DNA of 63,825 nt, the filler included, from Welwitschia mirabilis (lineage: Eukaryota): assembly GCA_051453625.1 (NCBI GenBank). It is 6 parts of one record of this genome, joined end to end, with 100 filler letters (N's around TTAATTAATTAA, not from the genome) between each part and the next. Parts side by side here need not be neighbours in the genome. Positions count along the whole stretch, not along the records: positions 29,883 to 47,465 come from JBOZIK010000001.1; positions 47,566 to 56,695 come from JBOZIK010000001.1; 4 more parts are not named here. One strand, 5' to 3'. Made by a program: the position numbers and the translations under genes. The notes beneath the pieces were generated by a model that had not been told where the DNA came from, did no database searches, and saw only the letters and a list, made by a program, of their open reading frames with translations. This document shows, in pieces, positions 41,501-55,800 of this stretch. Positions within the stretch are counted from its first letter, which is position 1. The number at the start of each line of letters is the position of its first letter.

Positions 41501-43336
41501 TAATTGATGGACATTATTTACATAAAACATTATTTATATAATGTTATATAATGTTTATTTTCGTACACATTATTTATGTCTATAACTTACATAATGTTTA
41601 TTTATTTCTTTGTATATATTATAAACCTATTTAGCATAGCTTGTTAGTAAAGAAAAGGCCTATGTTGCATAATTTAGTTTTTGTTAAAAATAACATGTGA
41701 TTTATATACCATTATTTTTAGTTAGGTTATACTCCTTTTGAACTATCATGATATTTAGAGTTATTCTTTAATGAAAGACCTTAGTTCTCATGGTTATTAT
41801 ATTTGTATCCTTTGTGTTTAGCTAGGAAACTAGGTTATTATAGATGCATTTATCATTTCCCTCTAGCTTCAAGATAGGCTTCTCTTAATTACACTTTAGT
41901 TGTATAGCCTTTGTAATATCCTAGAACATTTATCCACCAATTAACAAAGTTGAGTTTCCATTAGTAGAATAGTTTAAATCTTTAATGTTATTATATTTTT
42001 ATAGTATTTTATAGTTATGAAATTAATTGTGCTAATTTATACACTTCTAATGTATGAGAATTTTATATTTCTTTTTAATAACTATATATCATACTAGCTT
42101 GTCTTTACCACATTGTGAGAAATCATATCAACAATAGAGATATCATAATAAATACACAAGCTTTCTTGTTTAAGTTTTAAGGATGAAACTTTTTAGGGAG
42201 TGGAGAAATCTCACATCCATATTTTTCAAGTATAAGTTTTTAACTTAAAAATTTAATTAGAATAGCTTTGTGGAGTCTTAAGTTAATATAGATATTGTGT
42301 TTATTAAAATAACATTGTATTATAGAAAATTTTGTACTTTTAAGTCATTCATTTTGTAAAAGCCATAATATTATTTTATGAATGACCTTTTATGGTTACA
42401 TTAGTATTATTTTTCTTGTATGATTATTTAATTATTTTTGATTTTACATAAAAAATTGTTAATTATCCTTAAGCTAATTAAATTATTGAATGTATGTATT
42501 TTAAGATTTCTAGTGGTGTAATATTTATTCTAAAAATTTTATGCAATAACACCTCACATTTTGTAGTAGCCATAATATTGCCCTTATTGAAAATTCTTAG
42601 TGATATAATTATGACTATTAGTAGTAAAATTATTGTAACTACTGAACTTCATTTATTTTAACTAGAAAATAGCTTTATGTAGTTTTTGAAATTACTTATT
42701 ATTATAATAATTACATGATGAGCATTATTATTTATTATTGAGATATAAATCCACCTAGTGGCCTAGCAAGAAATGGAATAAGATGGTTATCAAATCTTTA
42801 CCAGCCTTTACCACCTTGACCATCCTCCTTTATTATGCCTTAACTTCACATTCTCATGACCCTTCATATTTCATCAAACCTTAGCTATAAATAAGATCCT
42901 CTTTTTTCTTTTTCCTTACTTTCATCTTTGAAGAAGCCTTCACTACTAAATTGTAGAGATTGGATAAGCCTTTGAACCTTCGAGCCTTAGAATCACCATG
43001 AGTTTTTGAATATTTGTTTTAATTTAGGTATGGTTTTATGGCTTAATCTATTTTCTTTCATGGTTCTTATCCATCTATTTCTTGTATGATTCTTATGTTC
43101 TTTTAATTTCTTTTTTTGTATGGTTTCTATAATTTTTATTTTATTCTTGTATGGTTTTTAGTCCTTTAATTTTTTTCTTTTATGGTTTTTGGCTCTTTAA
43201 ATTCTTTCTTGTGTGGTTTTTCGTTCTTCAAAATCTTTCTTATATGGTTTATGATTCTTCGATTATTTTCTTAAATGGTTTATGGGCTTCCATCTATTTC
43301 TTGCTTCTCTTACATATTCCATGAATTTTTTCTACT
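38588..43336 (+). mobile_element. Chromovirus (Tekay/Del-like) element: end of 5' LTR (to 39117), PBS, very decayed and deleted internal region, PPT, start of 3' LTR (42209-43336)
   Basis: LTR end ggggtattaca followed by tagtattagagc (decayed TGGTATCAGAGC). The pre-LTR signature ttttaaggatgaaactttttagggagtggagaaa resembles the canonical TTTCGAGGACGAAA...AAGGGGG. Internal coding motifs are barely readable. Confidence 0.65.
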
Positions 43337-44534
43337 TATTGTGACGCCAACTTAAGTGTATTTGATACGGTATTTTGTAGATAAACTAACAGATAAATGC
43401 CTAGTTCCTATGACAATTGAGAATCCATGAACACAAGACGAAAACATGCAGTTTATTAGATAATTCACAAGGATTTCATATAGATATGGATAAATTGTAT
43501 TTTCAGATGATTATTCTTGCAAATAACCAGATATCAGAATGACAAAGGATGAATAGAAGACTATCATCCTATGTCATCCAGACGACAGATAAGATGACAA
43601 TTCTAATTGGACATATGACAAACTTATTTCCAGATGACTTGCAGTTAAAGTGAAGATCTTATTATCAGAGTCCATCATCCTCCTAATCGTCCAGATGACA
43701 TCAGTGGATGACATCTCTAGAATCAGTTGACAGGTCTTCATATTAGGATCACAGATGGTTATACTGGAAGCTAAACAGATAACTTATTGTAAATCATTGT
43801 TGTCTCCTCAATCGTCTGGATGACCACATGGATGACACTATTATCCCATACTTTTACAGATTGTATTCCTGAGTTGTCACATATTATTTGCAACTTTTCC
43901 TTGCATGTTAGTTAGAGTTTCTCTTATGTTTTTCTGTCAATCCCTTTTCCCTTTTTATCTATAAATAAAGGTCTCCCCCTCGATTGCTAATCATCTTTGA
44001 TAGTACCTGACATTCTCATGATAGGAGATCTTAAGACTAGAGAACCATCTTGTAATCCAGAGAGATGTTACCTTGGTGTTGGGTGGCATATCCTCCATTG
44101 AGGAATAACTACTTTATAATACAGATGCCTTTTTATCTTTAATATAAATTACTCTTTTTGTTAATAATTACAGGAACTTATCCCTCACAGTTTATGTTGT
44201 TCTAGATTTATGACATATTTCTTTAATTATATAGATTATGAGGGCAGCCTTTATTAAGGTTGAGCTTGATTAGATTAGATGCATTGCTGTTTCTTTTTAT
44301 ATATTATTTTGCATCAGCATCTTTTATTTCCATGCATTGCAATTTAATTTAATAGATTAAAGTTACATATTTTTCTTCGAAATCAACTCTTTATTGTCCA
44401 TACCATTAGCTTTTGATGAAATTACGACATTTGGATTACTCTGTCTATACTAGCGTGTTATATTTTGCATCTTATTTATAATTAACAGGATTGAAATTGA
44501 AACGTGAAACATTGCACAAATAAACACCACAATA
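43337..44534 (+). repeat. Full-length family 4 LTR (~1.2 kb) inserted in the chromovirus 3' LTR; solo-like
   Basis: tattgtgacgcc...caccacaata termini, TATA-like ctataaata near 43959, and homology to 61449-62597 on the opposite strand. Confidence 0.85.
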
Positions 44535-44553
44535 GTGCTTTAATTGCAATTCC

Positions 44554-47465
44554 TGATAGGATTAAGAACCCTAGCGGGGGGCGAATGGATTCTTTTAAAA
44601 AAACTTAAGCTCAAAAGAAACTTAAAGTTATCTAATCACTATTTGTATGTAAAATAATAAAATCAAGAATGTGCATTCAAGAAATGAAAAACTGAATGTA
44701 AAGAATCGAAAGATAGAAAATCATAAACTACCAATTTGTATGCCCTCAAGATTTATAGTGGTTTTAGAACTTCCCTACTCCACTCTCGACGATAAGCTTC
44801 TCAAAAGCTTGGTCTCGAATCTTTGTTACTCCATAGGTTTTACCAAGTTCACCTGTAACCTTTATAAGTGAACTTTTACAGGATAAGTCTCAACCTTAAT
44901 ACCAAACTTTTGTATGCTAAGTCTTAACCTCTGAAATTAATAGATGTGATGTAATACAACCTTAGTAGCTTAGATATCACACGTTTACTGTTAGTACAAT
45001 GAATGGAACTCTTCTCTAATAGAATACAATGATAAAGTTCTTAGATCTGATTCTGAGTGAAGTTCTTTTCCCAAGAATTAATCTCCTCAATTAGATATGA
45101 ATCTATATAATGATGTGCCAATGAAAAATACTATTTGATCTTTTAGATTCATAATAAATATACTGATTTAGAAAAGTACCAAAAAGATCTCTAGGTTATC
45201 TCTTTCCTAGCTATTTATAATGGAGGATTACTAGGGTTAATTACAAATAAATTTCATCTCCAACAGCTATAAATGGCTAGAAAATGGCTAGGTAATAGCT
45301 AGGTAATATATAAATAACATTTACAACTTTTGCTTTTCTGCATTATCTAGACAACCTCACAAAAATATAGTCGATCTCATAAGAACTCAACCGACCTCAT
45401 CCTGGGTCTAGTCAATCCCATGTCTCTTGGTCTAGAACTATAGACTGTTAGTTTCTTAGGTTCGATCAATTCCATGAATATTTGGTTGACTTCTTTTCTT
45501 TTAGTCTAAGACTATTAGTTCTTAAGATCACAGGTTGGTCAACTCCTTTATAATTTGGTTGACCCCTTTGGGTTCAGTTCAATTCTTTGTGACTTCTTCA
45601 AGTGCATTTGACCCCTTTAGAATCTAGTTGACCCTCACTGGAGGTAAACATAATTGAGCAATTTCTCTAGTGATTTTTAATCCAAATCTTTCACCTACAA
45701 AACTCATTCTCATCTACACACAATATATAACAATTTGCACTATACCAGAGAAATTAGTTTGATATCAATTAACAAATGTAATCTAATAATCTTCCCCTTT
45801 AACCTTGATGGCAAACAATTAAGTGATTTCAAAAAATCTGAAACAATTTAAATTCATTTACTAAATACTTTTAGGCACACATTTAAAAGTCAAAACTTTG
45901 CTTTACATCAAGGCAAATATACATTTAAGTAAGGAGTAAAATATATAACTGTTTAAAAGCCCAATATCTTAATATCTTAAGAAGGACTTTTGAAAGCACA
46001 CTACCATTATTTCTCCCCCTTTGATATCAATAGCAAATAAAATAAAATCTAGCTAAACAACCATAATTATGAATCATATTCTCTCTCCCTAAGTTGGTAC
46101 CAAATAATAAATAATAATAAGCCAAAATTTTGAAACATATTTAGGCATTTTAAATAAACAAAAAATTTTAGTGCTTTTAAATGAGACAAGTTTTGAATAT
46201 GCATATAATTTTACCAAAGGTGATGATAAAAAATACTTATGAATCACATATTTAAATAATACCCTTTAAGAATACAATACAATACCAAATGATAATACAA
46301 AATATAATTAGAACACTCAATGATTTGAAAAAAAAAAAATTTAAATAATTTTCAATTGAGTTAATAATTTTAATTTTGTTCCAAATATATTACACTCAAA
46401 AATACCAAAATAATGCAAATATTGAGTAACATATAATAACTATATTTCTTATTAAATTAAACAAAATATGTCACCTGAGATGATGATTTTCAAATATAAA
46501 AATGTTCATACATGAATAAGACAAAATAATTTACAAGAATTCAATGTAAAAAAAATAAATTAGATGACAAAATATATAGTTGTCTTTGTTTTACTACTAC
46601 TGCTACAGAAGTTTTTAATAAAATAAGTGACTGAGTATTAAACTGGTTAACCTATCTATATTGGTTGATCGAATATTATGTTTGGTTGACCGCCCTGCAC
46701 TTAATGATAGGACGGAGAAAGAACCCCCAGTTCATATCTGAGATGAATAAAAGCATTAAAATTCAGAGGTTTAGTAAAGATATCTGCTAATTATTGTTCT
46801 GTAGAAACATAGTTCATAGATATATGATCTTTTTTTGAGTTGATCATAAAGAAAATGGTGTCTAAGTTCAATATGCTTCATTCTTAAATGCTAAACTAGA
46901 TTTTTGGAAATATTAATAGCATTAGTATTATCATAAAAAATAGGAACTTGTTAAAATACATTCCAAAATCTCTTAACATTTCTTTCATCCATAAGAGGTG
47001 AGTGCAACAACTTCCTGTAGTAATATATTCAGCTTTTGCAATGAAAAGAGAAATAGAATTTTGTTTCTTACTTGCCCAATTAACTAGACATGAACCTAAA
47101 AGGAAATAATTTCCACTTGTACTTTTTCTATCATCTTTGCATCCTACCCAATCAACATCACTAAAACCTGCAAGATCGAAAGATATCTGATTTGGATATC
47201 ATAAACCATAATCACATGTTCCTTTTATGTACCTGATTATCCTTATTACTACTTAAAAATGTGATTCTTGTAGATTAGATTGATATCTTGCACAAACTTC
47301 AATATTAAACATGATATCTAGTCTACTTGTGATTAAGTATAATAAACTACCAATCATGCTTCTATAAATTTTTTGATCTATTGATTTACATTTTCATCTA
47401 AGCTTACTTTACATGATGTAGACATAGGAGTATCAACTATTTTTGCATTTTTTAAACCAAATCGT
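44554..47465 (-). mobile_element. SIRE-type Ty1/Copia, 3' part: RT end and RNase H, 3' region with multiple PPTs, 3' LTR at 44554-45788
   Basis: YRSMIGSLLYL, SRLDIMF, GFSDVDWVG...RKSTSG, KHIELRHHF and ADIFTKP at 46720-47465. PPT-like tracts near 45790, 46010 and 46080. The LTR 3' end ccattcgccccccgctagg...atca is typical of SIRE. Confidence 0.85.
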
Positions 47466-47565
47466 NNNNNNNNNNNNNNNNNNNNNNNNNNNNNNNNNNN
47501 NNNNNNNNNTTAATTAATTAANNNNNNNNNNNNNNNNNNNNNNNNNNNNNNNNNNNNNNNNNNNN

Positions 47566-47638
47566 CATTTATCTATTAGTTTATCTGCAAAACAACTCAA
47601 AAGACCCTATCAAATACACTTAAGTTGGCATCGCAACA
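47566..47638 (-). repeat. 5' terminus of a family 4 LTR at a contig edge, inserted in the 3' region of element F
   Basis: Ends ttaagttggcatcgcaaca. Confidence 0.85.
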
Positions 47639-50600
47639 CACCTGCATAACATGGCTAACTAACCCTCTAGTGGAGTTCCCATAGTATCATATTACACTGC
47701 CAAAGGTCCTTCTCAGGTATATTTACCCCAGTGCACTTGTAGTAGGACATCATCGAGACCATGTTTTGAGATGTAACATGAAAGAGCATAGTCTTTAGTT
47801 TTTTTTCCTTTCTTTCTTTTTTTTTTTTTAAAATTTTTTCATACATANNNNNNNNNNNNNNNNNNNNNNNNNNNNNNNNNNNNNNNNNNNNNNNNNNNNN
47901 NNNNNNNNNNNNNNNNNNNNNNNNNNNNNNNNNNNNNNNNNNNNNNNTGTTTCTTTTTTTTTTTTAAAATTTTTTCATACATAAATTTCATATGACTAAA
48001 TACTCATAAGGATAAAAGTAAAGTGAGGAGATAAATAGCAAGGAAGAACATGTTAAAAAGAATTAATTAGTTATACCATTGAAAGAAATAAAAGAACTAA
48101 GAAATCTTCCTTCAAAATGAAGGTCATAGACATATAAATGTCTAAAGAATAGATAAAGTCAATCCTATCATTTAAAATGTCAAAATAAAATATTTAATAA
48201 AGTAAAACATTAGTTAAGTTAAAGATGTTCAAGTAATAGCATAACATTTACCAAAAGAATCAGCTAAAGAAGAATTTAGATAATGGCAAAGGAAAAATTC
48301 CAATATAAGTGATTCTATCATNNNNNNNNNNNNNNNNNNNNNNNNNNNNNNNNNNNNNNNNNNNNNNNNNNNNNNNNNNNNNNNNNNNNNNNNNNNNNNN
48401 NNNNNNNNNNNNNNNNNNNNNNNNNNNNNNNNNNNNNNNNNNNNNNNNNNNNNNNNNNNNNNNNNNNNNNNNNNNNNNNNNNNNNNNNNNNNNNNNNNNN
48501 NNNNNNNNNNNNNNNNNNNNNNNNNNNNNNNNNNNNNNNNNNNNNNNNNNNNNNNNNNNNNNNNNNNNNNNNNNNNNNNNNNNNNNNNNNNNNNNNNNNN
48601 NNNNNNNNNNNNNNNNNNNNNNNNNNNNNNNNNNNNNNNNNNNNNNNNNNNNNNNNNNNNNNNNNNNNNNNNNNNNNNNNNNNNNNNNNNNNNNNNNNNN
48701 NNNNNNNNNNNNNNNNNNNNNNNNNNNNNNNNNNNNNNNNNNNNNNNNNNNNNNNNNNNNNNNNNNNNNNNNNNNNNNNNNNNNNNNNNNNNNNNNNNNN
48801 NNNNNNNNNNNNNNNNNNNNNNNNNNNNNNNNNNNNNNNNNNNNNNNNNNNNNNNNNNNNNNNNNNNNNNNNNNNNNNNNNNNNNNNNNNNNNNNNNNNN
48901 NNNNNNNNNNNNNNNNNNNNNNNNNNNNNNNNNNNNNNNNNNNNNNNNNNNNNNNNNNNNNNNNNNNNNNNNNNNNNNNNNNNNNNNNNNNNNNNNNNNN
49001 NNNNNNNNNNNNNNNNNNNNNNNNNNNNNNNNNNNNNNNNNNNNNNNNNNNNNNNNNNNNNNNNNNNNNNNNNNNNNNNNNNNNNNNNNNNNNNNNNNNN
49101 NNNNNNNNNNNNNNNNNNNNNNNNNNNNNNNNNNNNNNNNNNNNNNNNNNNNNNNNNNNNNNNNNNNNNNNNNNNNNNNNNNNNNNNNNNNNNNNNNNNN
49201 NNNNNNNNNNNNNNNNNNNNNNNNNNNNNNNNNNNNNNNNNNNNNNNNNNNNNNNNNNNAGATATTCCAATTCAAACTTTTAAAAAGAATAACCATTAAA
49301 AGAATAAGGTATAGTGTACTTGATAGAAAAAGAATGAATATAACTTTAAGAATCACATGAATGTTTAAAAATAAGAGATTTAAATACAAGAGAAATAGAC
49401 TCTTCAAAGTTATGGGTGTTATGAGATTCAAGAAAAGGAAGATGGCCTTAAGAATTATACAAATGTTCAATTGAAAGAGATGGAGAAAGATTATTATTGT
49501 CAAGGTTATGATGTGAAGGTGGAAGTATAAGTGAAAGGACGAGTGGAGGAAAGTATGTGATTTGAAATTATACATGAAGGCATAAATGAGGAAAATGTAG
49601 AAATATGAGTAGAATAAACAAATCTATTCTTGATGAAGTTAGAATAAATCTCTATGAGTCTAGTATTGATTTCAATTTCTTCACTAGTATCCATGTCATT
49701 AGTTGGTTGGATTATTTTTATATGTTCCAGATCATTATTTGTGACTATATTTTCCTTCTTTTATTAAAGATTACTTTTATTTTTTAAATGATTGAATTCA
49801 TTAGAAATATTATCAAGAGAAATAAGAGCATTTCATCATCGAATAAAAGATTTTCAGTTTTCTCATGATTAGATTCCTCATCTCGATTATCTAATAGTAA
49901 ATGAATAGTAGAGATATAATCTAATATCTTAATATCATCATCTAATGAGTGTTTATCTTCATCCCAATTATTAAAATGTTGAGTTATGTGATTATCATCT
50001 CCCTTTTGCTTATCTCTTAATGAGTAGGTGTCGAAGTTTGATTTACAATTTCATCTTCAAGTTAAAAGCAAGAATCATCATCATTAATGGTTTCTATGTT
50101 TTCTTCATTTGCCTCAAGATAAGATGAAGTAGGATAATTATGATAATGTTGTGTTGTAAAAGATCCTTAAATATGTAAAAGAGATTATTATAAGTTTTCA
50201 ACTAATTTCTCCAAGTCCTTATTAGTGTTTTCTTGGTTCATCTTTATTTCATCAATCACTTCTCTTAATGGATCTTTTTCTTCCTTATAGTAGTTAATAG
50301 AAAATGGTTCTTCTTGGTAGTAATGCATGGAAGATGATTGGGATTGATAAAAATAATTATAATAAGTTTGTCTAAATGAGGTGGAATCCTTAAAATATGA
50401 AGAATCTTCATCATCATATCTATATAAGGTGTGAAAATAAGAGGGAAAAGAATAAGAAGGTTGAAAAGAAGAAGGGGCCCAATTCCTATTCTCAATGTTA
50501 TTTTGTGATGGTCTTTCTTTTTTAATAAAAATTTCTCGAAGTGTTTTCTTACCAATGTTCTCATCCTTTTGTAAGTTTCTTCTCATGTCAAAAAGAATTT

Positions 50601-52833
50601 CCACAATAGTCCTCCTATTACTATTCATTGAAGCAAACAAGAAGAATGGAATAAGATGATTTTAAATTAAGATGATAAGTAAAATAAGTATAATGATTAT
50701 CAAGTTTTCATATTTTAGATGTTTCATCATTTGAAATTGCTATTTTATAACACTCAAAAGATGTGAAATCATTGTTACAATATTGACTACAAAAAGAAAA
50801 GAAAATATAATTCTAAAATTAAAAAAAGAAATCCTAGAATTTGCATACCTATATTATGCATACCTGAATTTTTATTTTGAAGTCAAATAATTCTTTTTTA
50901 ATGTTTTTGCTAATCAAGTTCCTCATTGACTAATATTTCATCTTTCCACCTGAATTCTTTTTTCCTTGCATGCATAGAAAATAAATAAAAGTCAAAATCA
51001 AATGTAATGGACTATCATGCACTTGATCATGTGGATGACAAGGGGAATGATGATCATAGAAAAACTGAACTATTACAACCTAAAAACTCTAAAAATTTTA
51101 GAAAGAAAAGATTATAGAAACTAGGTCTATCATCCAGCCTATCATATAGATGATAGATAGGATAATATTACCTTTATTACTAAACTATGAGCAGAAGAAA
51201 AATTGTGAAAATATAAAATAAATTTAAAATTTCAGAACTATTATGTCCTATGTCGTCTAGACGATAAAGAGGATGATAAGGTCCCTAAAAATAATTGTGG
51301 AAAATAAAATTTTACAATATTAAATCTATCTTAATCTAAACTAGAAACACAACATTAATTTAAATAAATAACCTGAAGAAAAGCTTTAAGGTACTCATCT
51401 GATTCATGACAATCCTCTTAGCTCCTTGTGGCCTTCCATAGTAATGGCTCCAAAATGTTGCAGTGTAAATGTATACAATCTTAAAGTTCTTTAAGTAAAC
51501 CTATAAATCATATATCTTGGAGAAAAAACAAGATAGTATAAATGAGAGTTCACCCGAATGTCATAATTCTAATGAAAGCATTAGGCTTAGAGTTAGAGAA
51601 TTAATTTCCAAAGGTAGTTTTTAGTCTTTTATCTTTTACTGACTGAAAGTAAATAATGAAGTAAATGTAATACAAGTGAATGAAGATGAAATGCAAGTAA
51701 ATGGAAATGCAAATGAAATGGATTATTTGGTTCCTAATCTTTCTATTGTAAGGACTAGCGTTTAGCCTTTCTATCACAAAGACTATCTTTTTTGTAATTC
51801 ATATCAATTCAAAAGAACATTCAACTAGTTTTTAACCAATATAAACTATGAGGTCTACCAAGTAGAATATGTAATATGAAATACGGAATTGAAATGCAAA
51901 CCTAAATTAACCAAGATCAACCTTAACAAAGATTGCCCTCATCATCTAAATAAATCATAGAACTGCCACTTAACTATGACCAACTTAAGCCATAAGGGAC
52001 ATTCACAGAATTGGAATGAAAAAAGTATTTGTATTAATTCAAAGAATTTTACATTCACTTATAATAGAATAATAGCACTTCAATAGAAAAGACTTAGCCT
52101 AACACCAAGAAAACCATTTTTGTAGTCATTGGATGGATCTCTTGACCTTCAAGCTTTCATCACAAGCATATCAAGCATAAAAGATGGTTTACAAGTGAAG
52201 GAGGAAAGGGTATTTATAGTTTTATAATGAAATTTTTAGAACCATAATCCTAAACATTAGTGAAGAAAACCCTAGTAGTCCACATGGAACACTTGACCTC
52301 ATTTACAACAATATTTATTTCAAAATAAGCAAAAATACTTATCATCCTACCTATCGTTGGGAAGACATAAGGGACATCACCATGTGTCACATGTCTCTAT
52401 GCCTTGCTTTCAGCCCCGTATCCTTTTTCCATGTGCATTAGTTCATCGTTCTAATTATTATAAGGATGACATAAGGGATGATGCCTCTGTATACTCCATG
52501 TGCTTCATGTGCTATCATGTGCTACCATGTACTGCTCTATCATGATGGGTAGTAGTGCTATTGTCCTCTTGGTCATGTGGATGATAGTGGAGATGACACA
52601 TCTCCTAAGCTCCTCAAGTAGAGTAAATCAGTATTTTTCATCTTTAGTCTTCTTTCAATATGCTAAGTATTAGAACATGCCTGACATGCCTCCAATTATG
52701 CCAAGAATTATGTGTTTCCATGATCATCTTATCATCTCTCCATAATCAGCAAAATTACATATAAAATTATATAATTGTCCTGCAAAAGCACTCTAAATAC
52801 ACCATCAAATTTCTACAAATTGGCATCACAATA
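47639..52833 (-). mobile_element. Athila-type element F: family 1 5' LTR at 51456-52833, PBS at 51435-51452, UTR, shortened gag-like region, no pol visible
   Basis: The LTR and UTR are homologous to copies A and B. 47639-48200 is homologous to the 3' non-coding region of element C (25240-25700). ORF 50188-50640 lies in the gag position. Confidence 0.8.
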
Positions 52834-55800
52834 CACTTTGAGTTTTTACTTCATGTGAGGCCATTAAAAATATAGTTTTTGTATTTTTTTACATTTTTTT
52901 CCTTTTTCTCTCATGTTTAGGTAATTTATGATGCATTATAAATTTTAGGAGGAAAGGAAATATTTTCAGTATTTTTTATAGTTTTTCATTGATTTTAGAG
53001 GCCATTATTGCACATTCATGTAATGTTTTTAACTTATTTTTCTATTTTAGCATGATGATTTTTTGTTTTTTTAATATTAGGTCCCTTACGTGTAGAGCTA
53101 GACAGGTTGAGGATGAGGCTAAGGTGCTAGAGCAGGAGGCATGTTCTTTAGTAGAGCCAGAGATTGAGCATGCAGAGCCTGCACATCCACTGCCTCGACA
53201 TGGTCATTCTTTGAGTATATAGACTACTAGCATCTATGCCAAGCTGCATTTTGATGACTTCATAAGCCATATAGGGCCTAACATAGACTATATACTAAAA
53301 GACTTATAACTATATTGGATTATAGATGTGCATGAATCTTACTATGTATTAGAGATGAGAGAGTTTTATGACATCATGCACATAGAGAAATAACTTACAC
53401 TCGTGATCAACTCCAGGATATGATCATTGCATTTATATGGGATTACAAGATAGTCATTATTCCATTCTACATTATAGTTATCATAGATCTTAGTGAGATT
53501 GAAAGCATGCACATTCACTCAACTGGTGAAATAGAGAAGTGTCAAGCCCATGACACCATTTTATATATATCAACTGATTTGACTATTAATTGATGGGGGT
53601 AAATGTTATTCAGTTGATCCCTACATATAGAGTATTACACAAATGGCTAGTTCATAACATTAGTCTATCATTTGATGATAGTTATGCTATAATGATATAC
53701 TTACATATTTTAGCAGCTTTTTTATAAGGGAAGTAGATGGACTTACCTACATTCATCTGGAGGAGACTCAGATCCATGATAGAGCCATGACACCTTTAGA
53801 CACTTGGTTACCCATGCCTCCTCTTACACTTTTAAAATGATTTGGGATACTAAAGCCCATGGGTGAGTAGTTTATTTTACACATTCAGACATCTACTTAT
53901 TATTTATAATACATGGGTAAATAGGTTCTAAGGGAGATAGAGAGACCTCAGGTATATAGACTTATGGTTGGAACTGCTTTTGAGTAGATTTATGCTCTCT
54001 TAGATACAGCCACTAAGACTATCAGAGGTTTAATGGATAGATGTATCCATATAATTGTTCAAAAAATCTAGGTTCTTGATCAGAGGATACAGGTACTTGA
54101 TTAGAGGACATAGACTCTTGATTAAAGACAACAGACATTTGAGCAGTGGATCCTATCCATTGAAAGAAGAGTTCAACACATTAAGGACTAGATGGTTAAC
54201 ATGCACCATCATGTTATTTTCATTTAGCAGAGTATGACTATAGATATTCTTGAGGCTATTCATGTTTAGGGTAAAAACATAATTCGATCTATTTTTATAT
54301 ATTTAGACATCCATCTCCCCGTGTATCTTAAGCATCCTTCTTCTGATCCCTTACTCTTAAGCTAGTTGCTGAGCCCTAATTTATCATGCATAGATGAGGA
54401 AAGTGATTTTGTATTGTTATTTTATAGCTCCCCTTCTATGCATTTTTGTATTGAAAGATATCTTTTGATATTTATATAGATACTTTATGTTATAGCATGG
54501 TGTATTCATTGTATCTAATTTTACATCATTATCTTTTGATTTCTTATAATGAGGATTTATTTGTACTTAGGTAAAATTTTGTATTCTTGAGTATTTAATT
54601 TAGTTGAGGGCTATTTATTAAATTTTTGTATTATCTATTAAAAACAAAAATTCTATTATAGGTTTCAAATTTTAAAAACTTTTTTTGAGCTTGTTATTCC
54701 ATCCATCATCTAGATGATGACTCAGACGATCAATTGGCGGAGATTTAGGTAGGTGTTTGTTTAGTTTTTTCTTTTATTTTTCAAAATTCAATTTGTATCT
54801 TTATAATTTTTGAAAATATTTCTAAGATAATTTCCTCAAGTATTCTAGATTTTTATTATCTAATAATTTGGCTTATAAACATGGTTTACCACCTAGTTTT
54901 ATCAGAGACTAATAAGACTAAGTGGAGAGCTATGTTATACTGCCAAATTATGCATGTTTGATAAAGTATTTTGAGTAGTCTGATAGGTGAATAAATCGGT
55001 AAATGCTTGATCTCTATGATAATGGAGAGCTGAGATGAAAATGATGGAAACATGTAACCTCCATGATAATTTATAATATTCTAAACAAATTTAAATACTT
55101 TACATTTTTTAAGATAACTTCTTACAAACATTGAGGCTAATGCAATAATTAAAGAATTACCAAATGACATCATCTACCTAATTGTCTAGATGACTATACA
55201 GATGTCCATGCTAATTGGATGCTAATTATAGTTTATCTAGTAACTAATGTAAATTGATTATGAGTTGGTATCATCTCCTCTATTGTTTAGATGATTAGCT
55301 AGATGACATTGTTGTAACATCTATACTAAACATTCATCTAACTTCTATCACTTGTATTTTTTGTTCTTCCCTTGAATGATTAATATTGTTTACCCATGCC
55401 TTTTAGTCTTTGTTATTGTGTATTGAGTTAATAAATAGAAATCTTACCCTCGACTCATGCTTGTCTTCATTGGCACCTAAAATTATCATGATAAGAGATC
55501 GAAGGGCCAAAGATCCATCTTGCAGTTCTAAAGAGATGTTTCCTTAGTATTGGGTGGCGTTTCCTCCATTGAGGTATAACTAGTTTGTAACATAGATGTT
55601 GTTTGAAACTTAATACAAAAACATTTCATTCTATGCTTTCAATGTGTGATTGTTTCTCATCCTCATAGCTTATGTTGCTTCTAATCTGGTGATAGTTTCT
55701 CTAGTGATATAGGTTATAAGGGTAACCTTTATTAAGGTTGTGCTTGGTTAGTTTAGGTTAGATGCATTATTATCTCATTTTCCTAAATTAGCTTTACACG

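Noticed and set aside
46720..47465. Idea that this RT/RNase H is the missing half of the Copia at 16505-19740
   Set aside because: Its attached LTR is a 1.2-kb SIRE type, unrelated to the ~335-bp LTR at 19406-19740.
47810..47985. Near-identical ~35-bp sequence on both sides of a gap
   Set aside because: It is an unmerged contig overlap at a poly-T tract.
48229..49575. Long ORFs of 250-450 aa here and at 57148-57888 and 62730-63614
   Set aside because: They consist mostly of X residues translated from N gaps.
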